From Patescibacteria group bacterium (GTDB lineage: Bacteria > Patescibacteriota > Microgenomatia > UBA10105 > UBA927), in NCBI GenBank assembly GCA_038062895.1, contig JBBTWJ010000005.1, forward strand, positions 3,715-67,714: DNA of 64,000 nt, given 5' to 3'. Each line of letters begins with the position of its first letter. Position 1 is the first letter of the stretch. Position numbers and translations under genes: made by a program. Below, in pieces: positions 30,689-40,674 of this stretch. Under the pieces are notes generated by a model. It did no database searches and had not been told where the DNA came from. It was given only the letters and a program-made list of their open reading frames with translations.

Positions 30689-31660
30689 TTATCCAGCAGA
30701 TGGAGTCGGCTTTCGATCCCAACGATGAGCCCTTAATTTTTTTATTAATTCAGAATGCAATGAGCCTTTTTCACTCGCTTTTGCATTGGCATCAACATTA
30801 ATGACCTTCCGCATGCCGGGGATAACAGTACTCACATCAGGATTAGAAAGAATAAACTGAAGTGCCATTTCCGGTAATGTCACATCTTTTGGTAAAAGTT
30901 TTTGTAGCTGTTGGGCCCGCTCGACGCTTGCCTTGAGATTATTGGGGCCAAAATAGCTATTGCGCCAGTCGCCTTCCGGCCAGTGACTTTCTAAACTCAG
31001 TGTTCCAGTCAACGTTCCTTCATCAAACGGGACCCGCGCAATGACCCCAACGTTTAACTCGCGGCATGCCGGAAAAAGTTTTTCTTCGGGAGCCTGATCA
31101 AAAATGTTATAGATTACCTCTACCACGTCGATGAGCCCCGTCCGCATGGCGCGGATGGCGTTCTCCGGTTCCCACCGGTCAATGCTTATACCAAATGCCT
31201 GGATGAGTCCATCGCGCTTCAGCTCTTCCACGGCTTTTTGCCACACCTCATCGTCCGCCCAAACATCATCCCATCCATGGAGCAATACGAGATCAAGCCT
31301 ATCCAATCCTAAATTCGTCAAACTTTTCTTTGTGTATTCTAGGAGATGTTCTGACGGAAATTCTTCGAGGAGTTTATATTCCGGTTTCATGGGATAACGG
31401 AAACTCTTTGGGGGGATTTTTGTCGCTGTATATAATCGTTGGTTTGGATAACTTTTCAGAAGCTGTCCCAATAATTTTTCACTCCGGCCATTGCCATAGA
31501 CCCACGCCGTATCAAAAAAAATTACTCCTAATTCTACAGATCGATGAAGTGCATCAAGCGATTCATTATCATCCGACCCCGTCCAACTCCCCATGCCCCA
31601 CATGCCATGGCCCAATTCACTTACCTTCCACCCTGTTTTTCCAAGCGTACGATAGGTCAT
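30689..31660 (-). CDS. Aldo/keto reductase (paralog A)
   Basis: RTLGKTGWKVSELGHGMWGMG...FDTAWVYGNG. Confidence 0.9.
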   Translation of the reverse strand: MTYRTLGKTGWKVSELGHGMWGMGSWTGSDDNESLDALHRSVELGVIFFDTAWVYGNGRSEKLLGQLLKSYPNQRLYTATKIPPKSFRYPMKPEYKLLEEFPSEHLLEYTKKSLTNLGLDRLDLVLLHGWDDVWADDEVWQKAVEELKRDGLIQAFGISIDRWEPENAIRAMRTGLIDVVEVIYNIFDQAPEEKLFPACRELNVGVIARVPFDEGTLTGTLSLESHWPEGDWRNSYFGPNNLKASVERAQQLQKLLPKDVTLPEMALQFILSNPDVSTVIPGMRKVINVDANAKASEKGSLHSELIKKLRAHRWDRKPTPSAG

Positions 31661-32037
31661 AATGGAAAAAAATTAAGCTGATGCTCTGGTATTCCGAGAG
31701 AAGTTCCATAGCGTTTCACTAAGCCATATTGCTCTTTGCTTTTTCGCTCTATATAGAAAATCTTATCACGAAAAATAATATAGTGATTGGTCTCATTTTT
31801 GAAATCTGCATACCATGAACCACCATGATTCCGGTCAAGGGACGCACTAATTGCTACGCTAATTTCTTTTGCCTTTCCATCCGGGACTTCCACTGTGTGA
31901 AGGGTCCACTGCGTAAGCCAAGGTGTTTTATGATACCTCGTCACCGCCTCAACATTCGTTGAGGTAATTTTTACCATCTTGAGAATATCGAGATTCTCAA
32001 GAGATTCCTCGATGATCACCCCATGAAAATATACCAT
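31657..32037 (-). CDS. Hypothetical protein
   Basis: 126-aa ORF in a low-GC stretch with no recognisable domain. Confidence 0.5.
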   Translation of the reverse strand: MVYFHGVIIEESLENLDILKMVKITSTNVEAVTRYHKTPWLTQWTLHTVEVPDGKAKEISVAISASLDRNHGGSWYADFKNETNHYIIFRDKIFYIERKSKEQYGLVKRYGTSLGIPEHQLNFFPL

Positions 32038-32058
32038 ATGAATTTAGGGATTTTATTA

Positions 32059-32526
32059 CTATTTCTTTCTAATACGAATTCGTCGCAAACCATACTTCTC
32101 AAATTCAATTTCATAAATAACAATGCATTCTGTTCTTTTTATAAATCGTTCATCCCGTGACATGTGCTTTATTTCCGCTTCTGTGTACTTTTCAAAAAAA
32201 TCCCTTTCTCCCAATCCTTCAGCCAACTTATCCCACATGCTTTCCTCATCGTATGCTTCATGCATCCTATGAACATCGGTATTTTCCTCAAATACCCGGG
32301 TTGGATAATAACGATCTCCATCGGACGCCTCATGAGCCATATATTTATCTAATCCAAACTTTGGTGCTTGAGAAAAAATATAATCTTCAACTTGCTCATA
32401 ATCTTTCCGCAAATCATCCACTCTATACCCATTAGCCATCCAGTTACCCAAAAACACTGCTTTCATAACAGTAAAAAACTGTTGCTTGGTAAATACGATG
32501 GAAATCGTAGGATTACTTTTTTTCAT
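32059..32526 (-). CDS. Hypothetical protein
   Basis: 155-aa ORF, low GC. Confidence 0.5.
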   Translation of the reverse strand: MKKSNPTISIVFTKQQFFTVMKAVFLGNWMANGYRVDDLRKDYEQVEDYIFSQAPKFGLDKYMAHEASDGDRYYPTRVFEENTDVHRMHEAYDEESMWDKLAEGLGERDFFEKYTEAEIKHMSRDERFIKRTECIVIYEIEFEKYGLRRIRIRKK

Positions 32527-32639
32527 ATCTTCGTTTTATACTCGCATCTCGCCCCCCTATTAGCTTCAGATTATTTGAAAAGAATTTGAACCCCTAATCC
32601 CACTTTGTCAAAAGCATGATAGTGCATAGAATTATTGTG

Positions 32640-33041
32640 TCACACGACGTAATCCTGTCTCAAATTGTCCGTCAAAAAGTTTTTGAGCGCTATCATGTCT
32701 TTTTTCTCTGGATCGTATAGATATGATGTGATACCAACCGACTCCGCGCTTTTTACAACCTTTGGATCATGCTCAAAATAAATAACGTCGTCTGGTTGTA
32801 ATCCGAATTGTCCAAGCATTATCTCATAATATGTTGGGTCTGTTTTCTCTGGATTATGTTTGAGTGTAAAAACTTCATACGGCGTATTTTTCAAACCAAA
32901 CTCCTCAAACTGTTCATCATTTGCTCCTGTCAATATAATTTTTCTGTTCGGAAATGTTTCAAGCAGATCGTACATTTCCTTAAAGACACCATCGCCCTCT
33001 ATTACAAACGTGTCTACCGCATCAACGAGAATTATTCTCAT
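32640..33041 (-). CDS. Small HAD-like hydrolase (putative)
   Basis: 133 aa with a motif-I-like N-terminus (ILVDAVDTF). Weak. Confidence 0.45.
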   Translation of the reverse strand: MRIILVDAVDTFVIEGDGVFKEMYDLLETFPNRKIILTGANDEQFEEFGLKNTPYEVFTLKHNPEKTDPTYYEIMLGQFGLQPDDVIYFEHDPKVVKSAESVGITSYLYDPEKKDMIALKNFLTDNLRQDYVV

Positions 33042-33061
33042 ATATCTAAATCTCTTAATAT

Positions 33062-34267
33062 CTATAACTTATTTTCTTCTTTCCAAATGTTGGCTACTGC
33101 TTTTGCAATAATATTAGGGACGCTTTTATCCAGCGGGGAAGGAAGAATGTTGGTGGCGGTTGGATGTTTGACGGTCGAGGCCAGAGCAAACGAGGCGGCG
33201 ATCTTCATGCTGTTGGTGATTGTCGTTGCCCGCGCTTGTATCGCTCCCAAAAAAACTCCGGGGAATGCCAAGACGTTGTTGACCTGATTAGGAAAATCAG
33301 ACCGCCCCGTTCCCATGATAAAAGCGCCGGCTTTCCGGCCCTCGTCCGGCATGATTTCCGGATTAGGATTTGCCATGGCAAACACAATGGGTTTTTCACT
33401 CATGAGTTTGATCCACTCCGGACGCAACACGCCGCCGGTGCTGACGCCGATAAAAACATCTGCGCCATGCATGGCATCTTTCAGACTCCCCTCTATATCA
33501 TTTCTGTTGGTAATCGCGGCGAGCCGCCTCTTCCAAGGGTTCTCTGCTATGTCCGTTCTCTTTTTAGAAAGTATTCCTTTGGAATCACACACAATAATTT
33601 CCCGGACGGGCTCGCACACGTTCGGATCATGCCCGACGCATAAGAGAAGTTGAGCTATCGCCGTCCCCGCCGCACCTGCACCACTTATGACGACCTTTAG
33701 ACTTCTCATGTCTTTTTGGGCTACCTTCGTTGCGTTGATGAGCGCCGCAAGAAGTACAATTGCCGTGCCGTGCTGATCATCATGAAATACAGGGATGCCG
33801 ATGTCCTGGAGCGCTTCTTCTATCTCAAAACACCGGGGTGCAGAAATGTCTTCGAGATTCACGCCTGCAAAAACCGGGGAAATATTTTTGACGAGATTAA
33901 TGATTTCAAAAGAGTTTTGCGTATGAACAGTGATGGGGAATGCATTGATCCCTGCGTATTCTTTAAAAAGAAGAGCTTTCCCTTCCATGACCGGAATGGC
34001 GGCATACGGTCCGATGTTTCCCAGTCCCAAAACCGCGCTTCCGTCAGACACAATGGCAATAGAATTTCCCTTCATCGTCAGGTCATAGGCTTTGAGCGGA
34101 TCCCTCGCTATGTCCCGGGACACTTGCGCGACACCAGGGGTATACACGAGCGCAAGATCATGTTTATTTTTGACCGCTACCTTTGCTTGTATCTCAATCT
34201 TACCTTTTAGTTTTTTGTGAAGCCTCACGGACTCCTGATAGATATCCATAGGTACTACGTAAGACAA
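33062..34267 (-). CDS. NAD(P)-dependent malic enzyme (short form)
   Basis: LALVYTPGVA...VSDGSAVLGLGNIG...VNLEDI...ISGAGAAGTA. Confidence 0.9.
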   Translation of the reverse strand: MSYVVPMDIYQESVRLHKKLKGKIEIQAKVAVKNKHDLALVYTPGVAQVSRDIARDPLKAYDLTMKGNSIAIVSDGSAVLGLGNIGPYAAIPVMEGKALLFKEYAGINAFPITVHTQNSFEIINLVKNISPVFAGVNLEDISAPRCFEIEEALQDIGIPVFHDDQHGTAIVLLAALINATKVAQKDMRSLKVVISGAGAAGTAIAQLLLCVGHDPNVCEPVREIIVCDSKGILSKKRTDIAENPWKRRLAAITNRNDIEGSLKDAMHGADVFIGVSTGGVLRPEWIKLMSEKPIVFAMANPNPEIMPDEGRKAGAFIMGTGRSDFPNQVNNVLAFPGVFLGAIQARATTITNSMKIAASFALASTVKHPTATNILPSPLDKSVPNIIAKAVANIWKEENKL

Positions 34268-34289
34268 TAACTCAATTCGGAAGAATTCA

Positions 34290-35237
34290 TTATCCTGCCG
34301 ATGGCGCCGGTTTCCGGTCCCAGCGGTGACTTCGTAATTGTTTCATTAATGCAGGAGGCAATGACCCTTTTTCACCCGTAATCACATTTAAGTCAACGTT
34401 TTTCATCTTTCGCATGCCGGGGATGACCGTGCTCACGTCAGGATTAGTCAGGATAAACCGGAGTGCCATTTCCGGCAAGGTCATGTCCTTGGGTAATACT
34501 TTCTTTAATGCTTCTGCCCGCGCGACGCTCGCTTTGAGATTTTCCGGTCCAAAATATATGTTTCGCCAATCGCCTTCCGGCCAATGACTATCGAGCGTGA
34601 GATTGCCCGTCAATGTTCCCTCGTCAAATGGAACACGCGCAATGACTCCGACGTTTAGCTCGCGGCACACAGGAAATAATTTGTCTTCAGGCGCTTGGTC
34701 AAAAACATTGTAAATAACCTCAACCACGTCTATGAGGCCCGTTCGGATAGCTTTGATAGCATTTTCCGGTTCCCAGCGGTCAATGCTTATTCCAAAGGCC
34801 TGAATCAATCCTTTGCGCTTGAGCTCTTGTACGGCCTTTTGCCACGCATCATCATCCGCCCACACGTCATCCCAACCATGAAGCAATACCAAATCAAGCT
34901 TTTCTAATCCTAAATTTTTTAAACTTTTCTTCACATATTCAATCAGATGATCACGAGGATATTCTTCAGTAAGTTTATATTCCGGCTTCATGGGATACCG
35001 GAAACTTTTCGGAGGAATTTTGGTAGCCGCATAGAGGCGTTTGTTTGGATACTTTTGTAAAAGTTTGCCAAGAAGTTTTTCGCTCCGGCCATTGCCATAT
35101 ACCCACGCCGTGTCAAAGAAATTAACTCCACGTTCCACTGAACGATGCAAGGCATGAAGTGATTCCTTGTCATCCGATCCCGTCCAACTCAATTCGCTCA
35201 CCTTCCATCCTGTTTTTCCTAGTGTACGATAGTGCAT
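34290..35237 (-). CDS. Aldo/keto reductase (paralog B, lacking the GHGMWGMG loop)
   Basis: About 85% identical to 30689..31660, with a 24-bp in-frame deletion near the N-terminus. Confidence 0.9.
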   Translation of the reverse strand: MHYRTLGKTGWKVSELSWTGSDDKESLHALHRSVERGVNFFDTAWVYGNGRSEKLLGKLLQKYPNKRLYAATKIPPKSFRYPMKPEYKLTEEYPRDHLIEYVKKSLKNLGLEKLDLVLLHGWDDVWADDDAWQKAVQELKRKGLIQAFGISIDRWEPENAIKAIRTGLIDVVEVIYNVFDQAPEDKLFPVCRELNVGVIARVPFDEGTLTGNLTLDSHWPEGDWRNIYFGPENLKASVARAEALKKVLPKDMTLPEMALRFILTNPDVSTVIPGMRKMKNVDLNVITGEKGSLPPALMKQLRSHRWDRKPAPSAG

Positions 35238-35300
35238 ATGTTTTGCTGAAGACTATTATATCAGGGTTAACCCCACGCTAGATGATATAATCCTTCCATT

Positions 35301-35386
35301 GGAGGAGTGGCCCAGCGGCTACGGCACACCCTTGGAAAGGGTGCGGGAGCAATCCCTCGCAGGTTCGAGTCCTGTCTCCTCCGCCA
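35301..35386 (+). tRNA. tRNA-Ser (GGA)
   Basis: GGAGGAG...CACCCTTGGAAAGGGTG (anticodon GGA), a long variable arm, a GGTTCGAGTCC T-arm and an encoded CCA. Confidence 0.9.
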
Positions 35387-35498
35387 TCACGTACAAAATA
35401 AATATCGGGTTATTCTGGCAATCCGGAGTGTTAGAAAAGCATGTTCTAACTGAAAAGTGAATTTGGCCTGAGAGGGGGCGGGATTAGAACCTAAAAAT

Positions 35499-36242
35499 AT
35501 GAATGACAGAGAATCATTGCCTACCTATCGTGTCGATGGGGATGTAGCTTGGTATGACCATTTTTTGCCAAAATTTGAGGGGAAGTCACTAATTGGCCTC
35601 ATAAATGGTATGACCAAGGAGGACACGGTTAAGGTTTTGGATCTTGGTGCTGGAGATTATACATTTGCCATCGATAGTCAGACCCGATGGAATGGAAAAG
35701 TAGCTATTACCGGTGTGAGCCGCGATAATTTTCTAACTCCAGAGCGGATGCGGACGATTGTTCAATTGGGAATTCAGACTATTCAGAGTGAAACGGTTGA
35801 TATACCACAGAAGCTTTCTCCCGATTATCAGCTTGCGGTATCAGTTCTAACTAATATTTATGACACGAAAGCAGATTACGTTGATATTATGTGGAGAATG
35901 CTAACAAATGGCGGCATTGGACTACTGGATAATTTACCCATAGCTTCTAAAATAAATGTTGCGGAATTAACAAGAACATTACGTCGGGAAGGATATGTGA
36001 TTGAGATCAAAAACGCTCATCAATTACTCCCAGATCGGATCATACATTCCAAGCCGCCTGCGACTCAACCGGTGCCTCAAAATGAACGTTTTGTATACCG
36101 TAAAGCATTGGAACAACTTCAGAATGAACAATCGAAACCGAGTAAGGAGCATGCTGTGCCGGTTACCGGCATAGCATTCCGGAAAGTTGATGGTAAGGGC
36201 AATTTAGGTAGGAGGATCCGGGAATTAACTCAGCGGCAGTAA
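35499..36242 (+). CDS. Hypothetical protein with SAM-MTase-like motif
   Basis: VLDLGAGDY resembles methyltransferase motif I. The remainder is not assignable. Confidence 0.5.
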   Translation: MNDRESLPTYRVDGDVAWYDHFLPKFEGKSLIGLINGMTKEDTVKVLDLGAGDYTFAIDSQTRWNGKVAITGVSRDNFLTPERMRTIVQLGIQTIQSETVDIPQKLSPDYQLAVSVLTNIYDTKADYVDIMWRMLTNGGIGLLDNLPIASKINVAELTRTLRREGYVIEIKNAHQLLPDRIIHSKPPATQPVPQNERFVYRKALEQLQNEQSKPSKEHAVPVTGIAFRKVDGKGNLGRRIRELTQRQ

Positions 36243-36518
36243 GGATTGATTTACGTTATAATTCAATTGCTTAGGATGAAGCACGGCAGTCTGGAAATAG
36301 GTTATAACTTTGTAAATGGTTCTCCGCATTGACGTTTCTTTGCGATCCTGAGAAAAGTCGAAGGAGAGCTTAGAAACGACAATGCCCTCCTAAATTTGCT
36401 CTTCGAGCCGCGCTACGAATAGTAAGTAAGGCGAGAAGTAAGAATGGAAGGGCAAGTTTGAATCGGAATTTAGCCTGAGCCCGACAGGAAGCGGGAATAG
36501 AACCCAACCTTAAATCAT

Positions 36519-36953
36519 ATGGAAATTGCGAAAGTTGACCATATACAGGAGGCAAAGGTATTGCTTGAACTGGATAATAAAGCATTCCACCGAGATTTTG
36601 ATTTACCCTCGAGAAACCTCCAAGAACAGATAGATTATTTGCAAGGAAGTGATGTTTATATTTTATACGATACTCATAAAGCTGTTGGATTTTTTGCTTT
36701 CAAGAAACAGGAGGATGGCATAGAGATTATGGCAATAGTGGTAACTCCGAAACAACAAAGAAAAGGATACGGAAAGACTATGATGAAAAAACTATTAGAA
36801 TTAACTACTGGTAATTCACTTCATTTAGTCACACATCCTAAAAATTCAGGTGCAATATCGTATTATCTAAAATCAGATTTTGAAATTTATGGATGGAAAG
36901 ATAACTATTATGGGGACGGTCAACCAAGGTTATTGTTGAAACGGACAAATTGA
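36519..36953 (+). CDS. GNAT family N-acetyltransferase
   Basis: QQRKGYGKTMM (acetyl-CoA-binding Q/RxxGxG/A motif). Confidence 0.8.
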   Translation: MEIAKVDHIQEAKVLLELDNKAFHRDFDLPSRNLQEQIDYLQGSDVYILYDTHKAVGFFAFKKQEDGIEIMAIVVTPKQQRKGYGKTMMKKLLELTTGNSLHLVTHPKNSGAISYYLKSDFEIYGWKDNYYGDGQPRLLLKRTN

Positions 36954-36997
36954 TATTGCGATGTTTTAAAATAGGTTCTGATTAGTCATGGTCCGCA

Positions 36998-37771
36998 TTG
37001 TTTTCTCCGCATATGAAATATAAAGCAGTAATTTTTGATCTCGACGGGACCGCTATTCCTGCTCTACCAAACGGTCTACCTTCCGACAGACTCATCAACA
37101 CGCTCAAGTCCAAAAAGGGTGCTCTGTATTTTTCCTGCGCAACCGGAAGAGCGTGGACGTTTTCTAAGCATGTGGTGCGGGCGCTTGACCTGCATGATCC
37201 GTGTATCATTTCAGCCGGTACGCAAATTGTTGATCCTCAAACAGGCAAAATCTTGTGGCAGGTGCTTATTGATCCGCCTGACGTGACACGAATTATTAAA
37301 TTACTGAAACCATACACCTATGAAATTTTAGTCAATGATGAATATCCGGGAGATGGTAAGTGTGCTGCAGACCGGGATCATAATTTTGCAATTAATTATA
37401 TTAATGCTCAAGCCGTCTCCATGACTGATGCGACGAAGATATGCAAGAAACTAGCAGCTGTAAAGGGAGTCACATCCACTAAGGTTCACAGTCAAACGCC
37501 CGGCCGGATCGATCTTCATATTACCCATAGTCAGGCAACAAAAAAACACGCAGTCCATAAACTTTGTGAAATGTTGGAGATTGCCACAAGCGAAACAATT
37601 GGTGTCGGAGACGGACTCAACGATCTTCATTTGTTTTCCGGAGTCGGATATAAAATAGCGATGGGGAACGCGGTACCAGAATTACAAAGCCAAGCTGATC
37701 GAATTATAGATTCCCTGGAACACGATGGGCTTGCCGCATATATTGAAGAATTGACAACGGAATACGTGTAA
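36998..37771 (+). CDS. HAD-IIB (Cof-type) phosphatase
   Basis: IFDLDGT and GVGDGLNDL. Confidence 0.85.
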   Translation: MFSPHMKYKAVIFDLDGTAIPALPNGLPSDRLINTLKSKKGALYFSCATGRAWTFSKHVVRALDLHDPCIISAGTQIVDPQTGKILWQVLIDPPDVTRIIKLLKPYTYEILVNDEYPGDGKCAADRDHNFAINYINAQAVSMTDATKICKKLAAVKGVTSTKVHSQTPGRIDLHITHSQATKKHAVHKLCEMLEIATSETIGVGDGLNDLHLFSGVGYKIAMGNAVPELQSQADRIIDSLEHDGLAAYIEELTTEYV

Positions 37772-37775
37772 TCCT

Positions 37776-38708
37776 ATGTCCTCCCGAACCAAAGCCATCA
37801 TTGCTATCATCATCGCATCCGTCTTGTGGGCTACGTCCGGAGTGTCTGCTAAGCTCCTCGTCCAGGTACTCAACCCTTTCGTCGCGGCATTTTACCGCTT
37901 CCTCATCGCATCGTTTTGCATACTTCCTTTCTTCTTGCGGGCAAAAAAACCAAAAGGATATCTCAAAAATCTCATACCGTTGGGACTCCTCGGTACCGCC
38001 AACATTATCTTTTTTTACATAGGCATGACGACCACGACAGCCAATGCCGCGGCCCTCGTCTACGCAGGGACACCACTTGCGACCGCGCTTCTGGCAAAGC
38101 TGCTCATCAAAGAAGACGTGTCGCGGAAAAAGTTTCTTGGGGTTTTGATCGGTCTCCTGGGAGTCGTCTTCATTGTCGTATTGCCGGTCTTGGACAAAAC
38201 GAACCAGCTCGTCGGTGATCTACGCGGAAATATATTTATATTGCTCGGACTCCTCTCCTGGGCGACCTATACGATATTTTCCCGAAAATATTTATCGAAC
38301 GGTACGTACACGCCATTTCTCATGGTCGGCGTGAACTTCTTCACTAATTGCGCCGTCACTCTGGTCATTGCCCTTGCTACCCGGCAGCAATTTCTTCCTC
38401 CGGAGGCTCTTACCTTCCGGTTTCTCTTAATCCTCATCTATACCGGTGTACTCCTTACCTTCGTGACGTATGGGCTTTTCCAATGGGCGATCCAACACAT
38501 ATCCGCGACAACCGCGTCGCTGAAAAACTATCTTGAGCCGGTTTTAGGAGTAGGTTTCAATTCCTTGTTGCTCGGAGAAACGATTACGGGGGGATTTCTC
38601 GCAGGAAGCATCCTCGTCATTATCGGCGTTATAATCACAACCGGGACAAAACTCATGGAGCAGGGTAAAAAATTACTTCAAAAACTCTTCGTGGATGGTG
38701 GCGCGTAG
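37776..38708 (+). CDS. EamA/DMT-family transporter
   Basis: 310 aa, 10 TM. Confidence 0.85.
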   Translation: MSSRTKAIIAIIIASVLWATSGVSAKLLVQVLNPFVAAFYRFLIASFCILPFFLRAKKPKGYLKNLIPLGLLGTANIIFFYIGMTTTTANAAALVYAGTPLATALLAKLLIKEDVSRKKFLGVLIGLLGVVFIVVLPVLDKTNQLVGDLRGNIFILLGLLSWATYTIFSRKYLSNGTYTPFLMVGVNFFTNCAVTLVIALATRQQFLPPEALTFRFLLILIYTGVLLTFVTYGLFQWAIQHISATTASLKNYLEPVLGVGFNSLLLGETITGGFLAGSILVIIGVIITTGTKLMEQGKKLLQKLFVDGGA

Positions 38709-39245
38709 ATTTTTCCACCAATCGTGGGAATCGGATGCTGCCAAATCCTTCGCGAGCTCAATGGCTTCCGGCAGTCGGAGGCGGGTCAGGTTACCGTCCA
38801 GCCACTCCCGCGCATGGGTGTTCCCTTTTTCCTCCAAAAGTTTAAGTTCAACGAGAAACGCAATCACGTTGGCTTCATAGGCGACACGCGCCTCAAGCGA
38901 CTCTTTTTTCTCAAACTCATCCAGCCGGGCTAAAAGCCCATCATCGATACCGGCAAAAATATCCCGGTTGGCTTTATCCTGATCCCGCGTCATGTAAAAC
39001 GTGGCGATTTTATCCAGGTCCCCCGTGCGGGCTTCATGGAAATCATGAAACACAGACATCACGAGCACTGTCTCGAGATTTGCTTTCAGTTCCTTAGCCA
39101 AAAAGTAGGCAATAACGCAGGTCATAAACGTATGCTCGCCGACCCCTTCCTGATTATCTCCCAGGATTTGCCAGCCGGTCCGCTGCATCCGTTTGACGAC
39201 GGCTGCTTCGTAGACGAGATTGGTGATAGATTTGGTATTTTTCAT
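38673..39245 (-). CDS. HD-domain phosphohydrolase (YfbR-like 5'-deoxynucleotidase family)
   Basis: HTFMT...VFHDFHEARTGD (H...HD...D). Confidence 0.85.
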   Translation of the reverse strand: MKNTKSITNLVYEAAVVKRMQRTGWQILGDNQEGVGEHTFMTCVIAYFLAKELKANLETVLVMSVFHDFHEARTGDLDKIATFYMTRDQDKANRDIFAGIDDGLLARLDEFEKKESLEARVAYEANVIAFLVELKLLEEKGNTHAREWLDGNLTRLRLPEAIELAKDLAASDSHDWWKNLRATIHEEFLK

Positions 39246-39286
39246 ATGTTGTTGCCCGCCACGTTTCCCGCCAACGCGGGATTACG

Positions 39287-39361
39287 TGGCGCACCTGGCG
39301 AGAATCGAACTCGCATCACCGGCTTCGGAGGCCAGTACTCTATCCGTTAAGCTACAGGTGC
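39287..39361 (-). tRNA. tRNA-Arg (CCG)
   Basis: The reverse complement is GCACCTG-TA-GCTTAACGGATAGAGT-A-CTGGC-CTCCGAA-GCCGG-..-GCGAGTTCGATTCTCGC-CAGGTGC-G-CCA. Confidence 0.85.
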
Positions 39362-39469
39362 TACAGGTGCAAAATTCGTACCCCGTAAGTATACCTCAAC
39401 TGCGTGATGAAATAGAAATTTTACCGTAATAGAATAGACAAAATACACCACGTGGTGTATTTTGTCTCA

Positions 39470-39883
39470 TCAGCGGATTTTTGTCAGGTCACTATCCAAA
39501 ACTACTGGCTGAAGAGCGTGCATTTCCGTCAAGTAATCCATTTGAGGAATTGGGTTTAGGAGAAATATCTTTTTGCCCAACCAAAATGCGATCCCCATTT
39601 CTAAAAAGGTGTTCCCGCCAATATATCCGGCAATCCCCTTCTTATCTAAATTGAGAACCAATATCGCATCAGACTCATGAATAAAGTTAAAGTGATCCCG
39701 GATGACATCATACTCAACTTTGATGAGTACTTTTTCCTCATCAGTGTCTTTGTATGACTCATTTTTGGTGATGTCGTAAACCCCCTTAGGAACAAAAACC
39801 ACGTGACCAAACTCCTCGAGCTTCTTTTTATACGCGAGCATCTCTTCGTGAAACTGCATGCTACCGCAAATTGTGATCGTCAT
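39470..39883 (-). CDS. Nucleoside 2-deoxyribosyltransferase-like protein (putative)
   Basis: C-terminal GGNTFLEMGIAFWLGKK resembles the NDT family catalytic Glu region. Confidence 0.5.
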   Translation of the reverse strand: MTITICGSMQFHEEMLAYKKKLEEFGHVVFVPKGVYDITKNESYKDTDEEKVLIKVEYDVIRDHFNFIHESDAILVLNLDKKGIAGYIGGNTFLEMGIAFWLGKKIFLLNPIPQMDYLTEMHALQPVVLDSDLTKIR

Positions 39884-40674
39884 AGGTGTATATCTTTCGT
39901 TTCAACCGCATTATAGACCTCATCAAAAAACATATTTTTCCGCCACGGTGTAATGGAGATGACATTCTCCATAAGTGCTCCAACTTCTTCACTCGCTTCG
40001 TGATCTCTCGATGAAGGAATGGTGCCGACGGAATACGTAAACCGGTGGCTCTTTCCATCTTTTTCTATTGGGTAGTTATAAAATGTCTGTACATTATCCA
40101 ATGGTTTCGTGATCCGAGCGTGCATCGTCGCTTTTTCAGGAAAATTAACGTTCACTATGGCCGCCCCCCATACATCGAGTGAAAATATTCTATTCAACAG
40201 CGATGAAAGCGTCTTGATGGGATACGGATCATAGCCATCAAGTGACTCGTTGACGTCGTGTGGACGTAAATAATGCTCCTGTCCCACGTGCCAAGAAAGA
40301 ATTATTGCTTTTGGCGCGATATGTAACGCGACTCCATGCACCGCTGCTGATATAGTGCCAGAAGGAATCCCTTGCCCTATGTTTGCACCGAGATTCATAC
40401 CGGAAATAATATAGTCAAACGGAGGATAATTTCCCGCGACGAACTCCATGACGTCTGCCGGATACCCATCTACCCATAACGCCTTCACCCCATCAACCAC
40501 ATCCTCTCCCCACGAAGCGCCGGTCTTGAGACTGACGTGACCGCCGACTCCGCTCATCTGCGATTTGGTCGCGGCTATCGTGATATCAGCGAGATCGCCA
40601 AGCGCGCGGATGACCAAGCGCGTACCGATTGATTGGTATCCATCATCTCCGGTGAGCAAAATCCGCTTTTTCAT
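39880..40674 (-). CDS. surE: 5'/3'-nucleotidase SurE
   Basis: ILLTGDDGY N-terminal motif over a SurE-length protein. Confidence 0.9.
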   Translation of the reverse strand: MKKRILLTGDDGYQSIGTRLVIRALGDLADITIAATKSQMSGVGGHVSLKTGASWGEDVVDGVKALWVDGYPADVMEFVAGNYPPFDYIISGMNLGANIGQGIPSGTISAAVHGVALHIAPKAIILSWHVGQEHYLRPHDVNESLDGYDPYPIKTLSSLLNRIFSLDVWGAAIVNVNFPEKATMHARITKPLDNVQTFYNYPIEKDGKSHRFTYSVGTIPSSRDHEASEEVGALMENVISITPWRKNMFFDEVYNAVETKDIHL

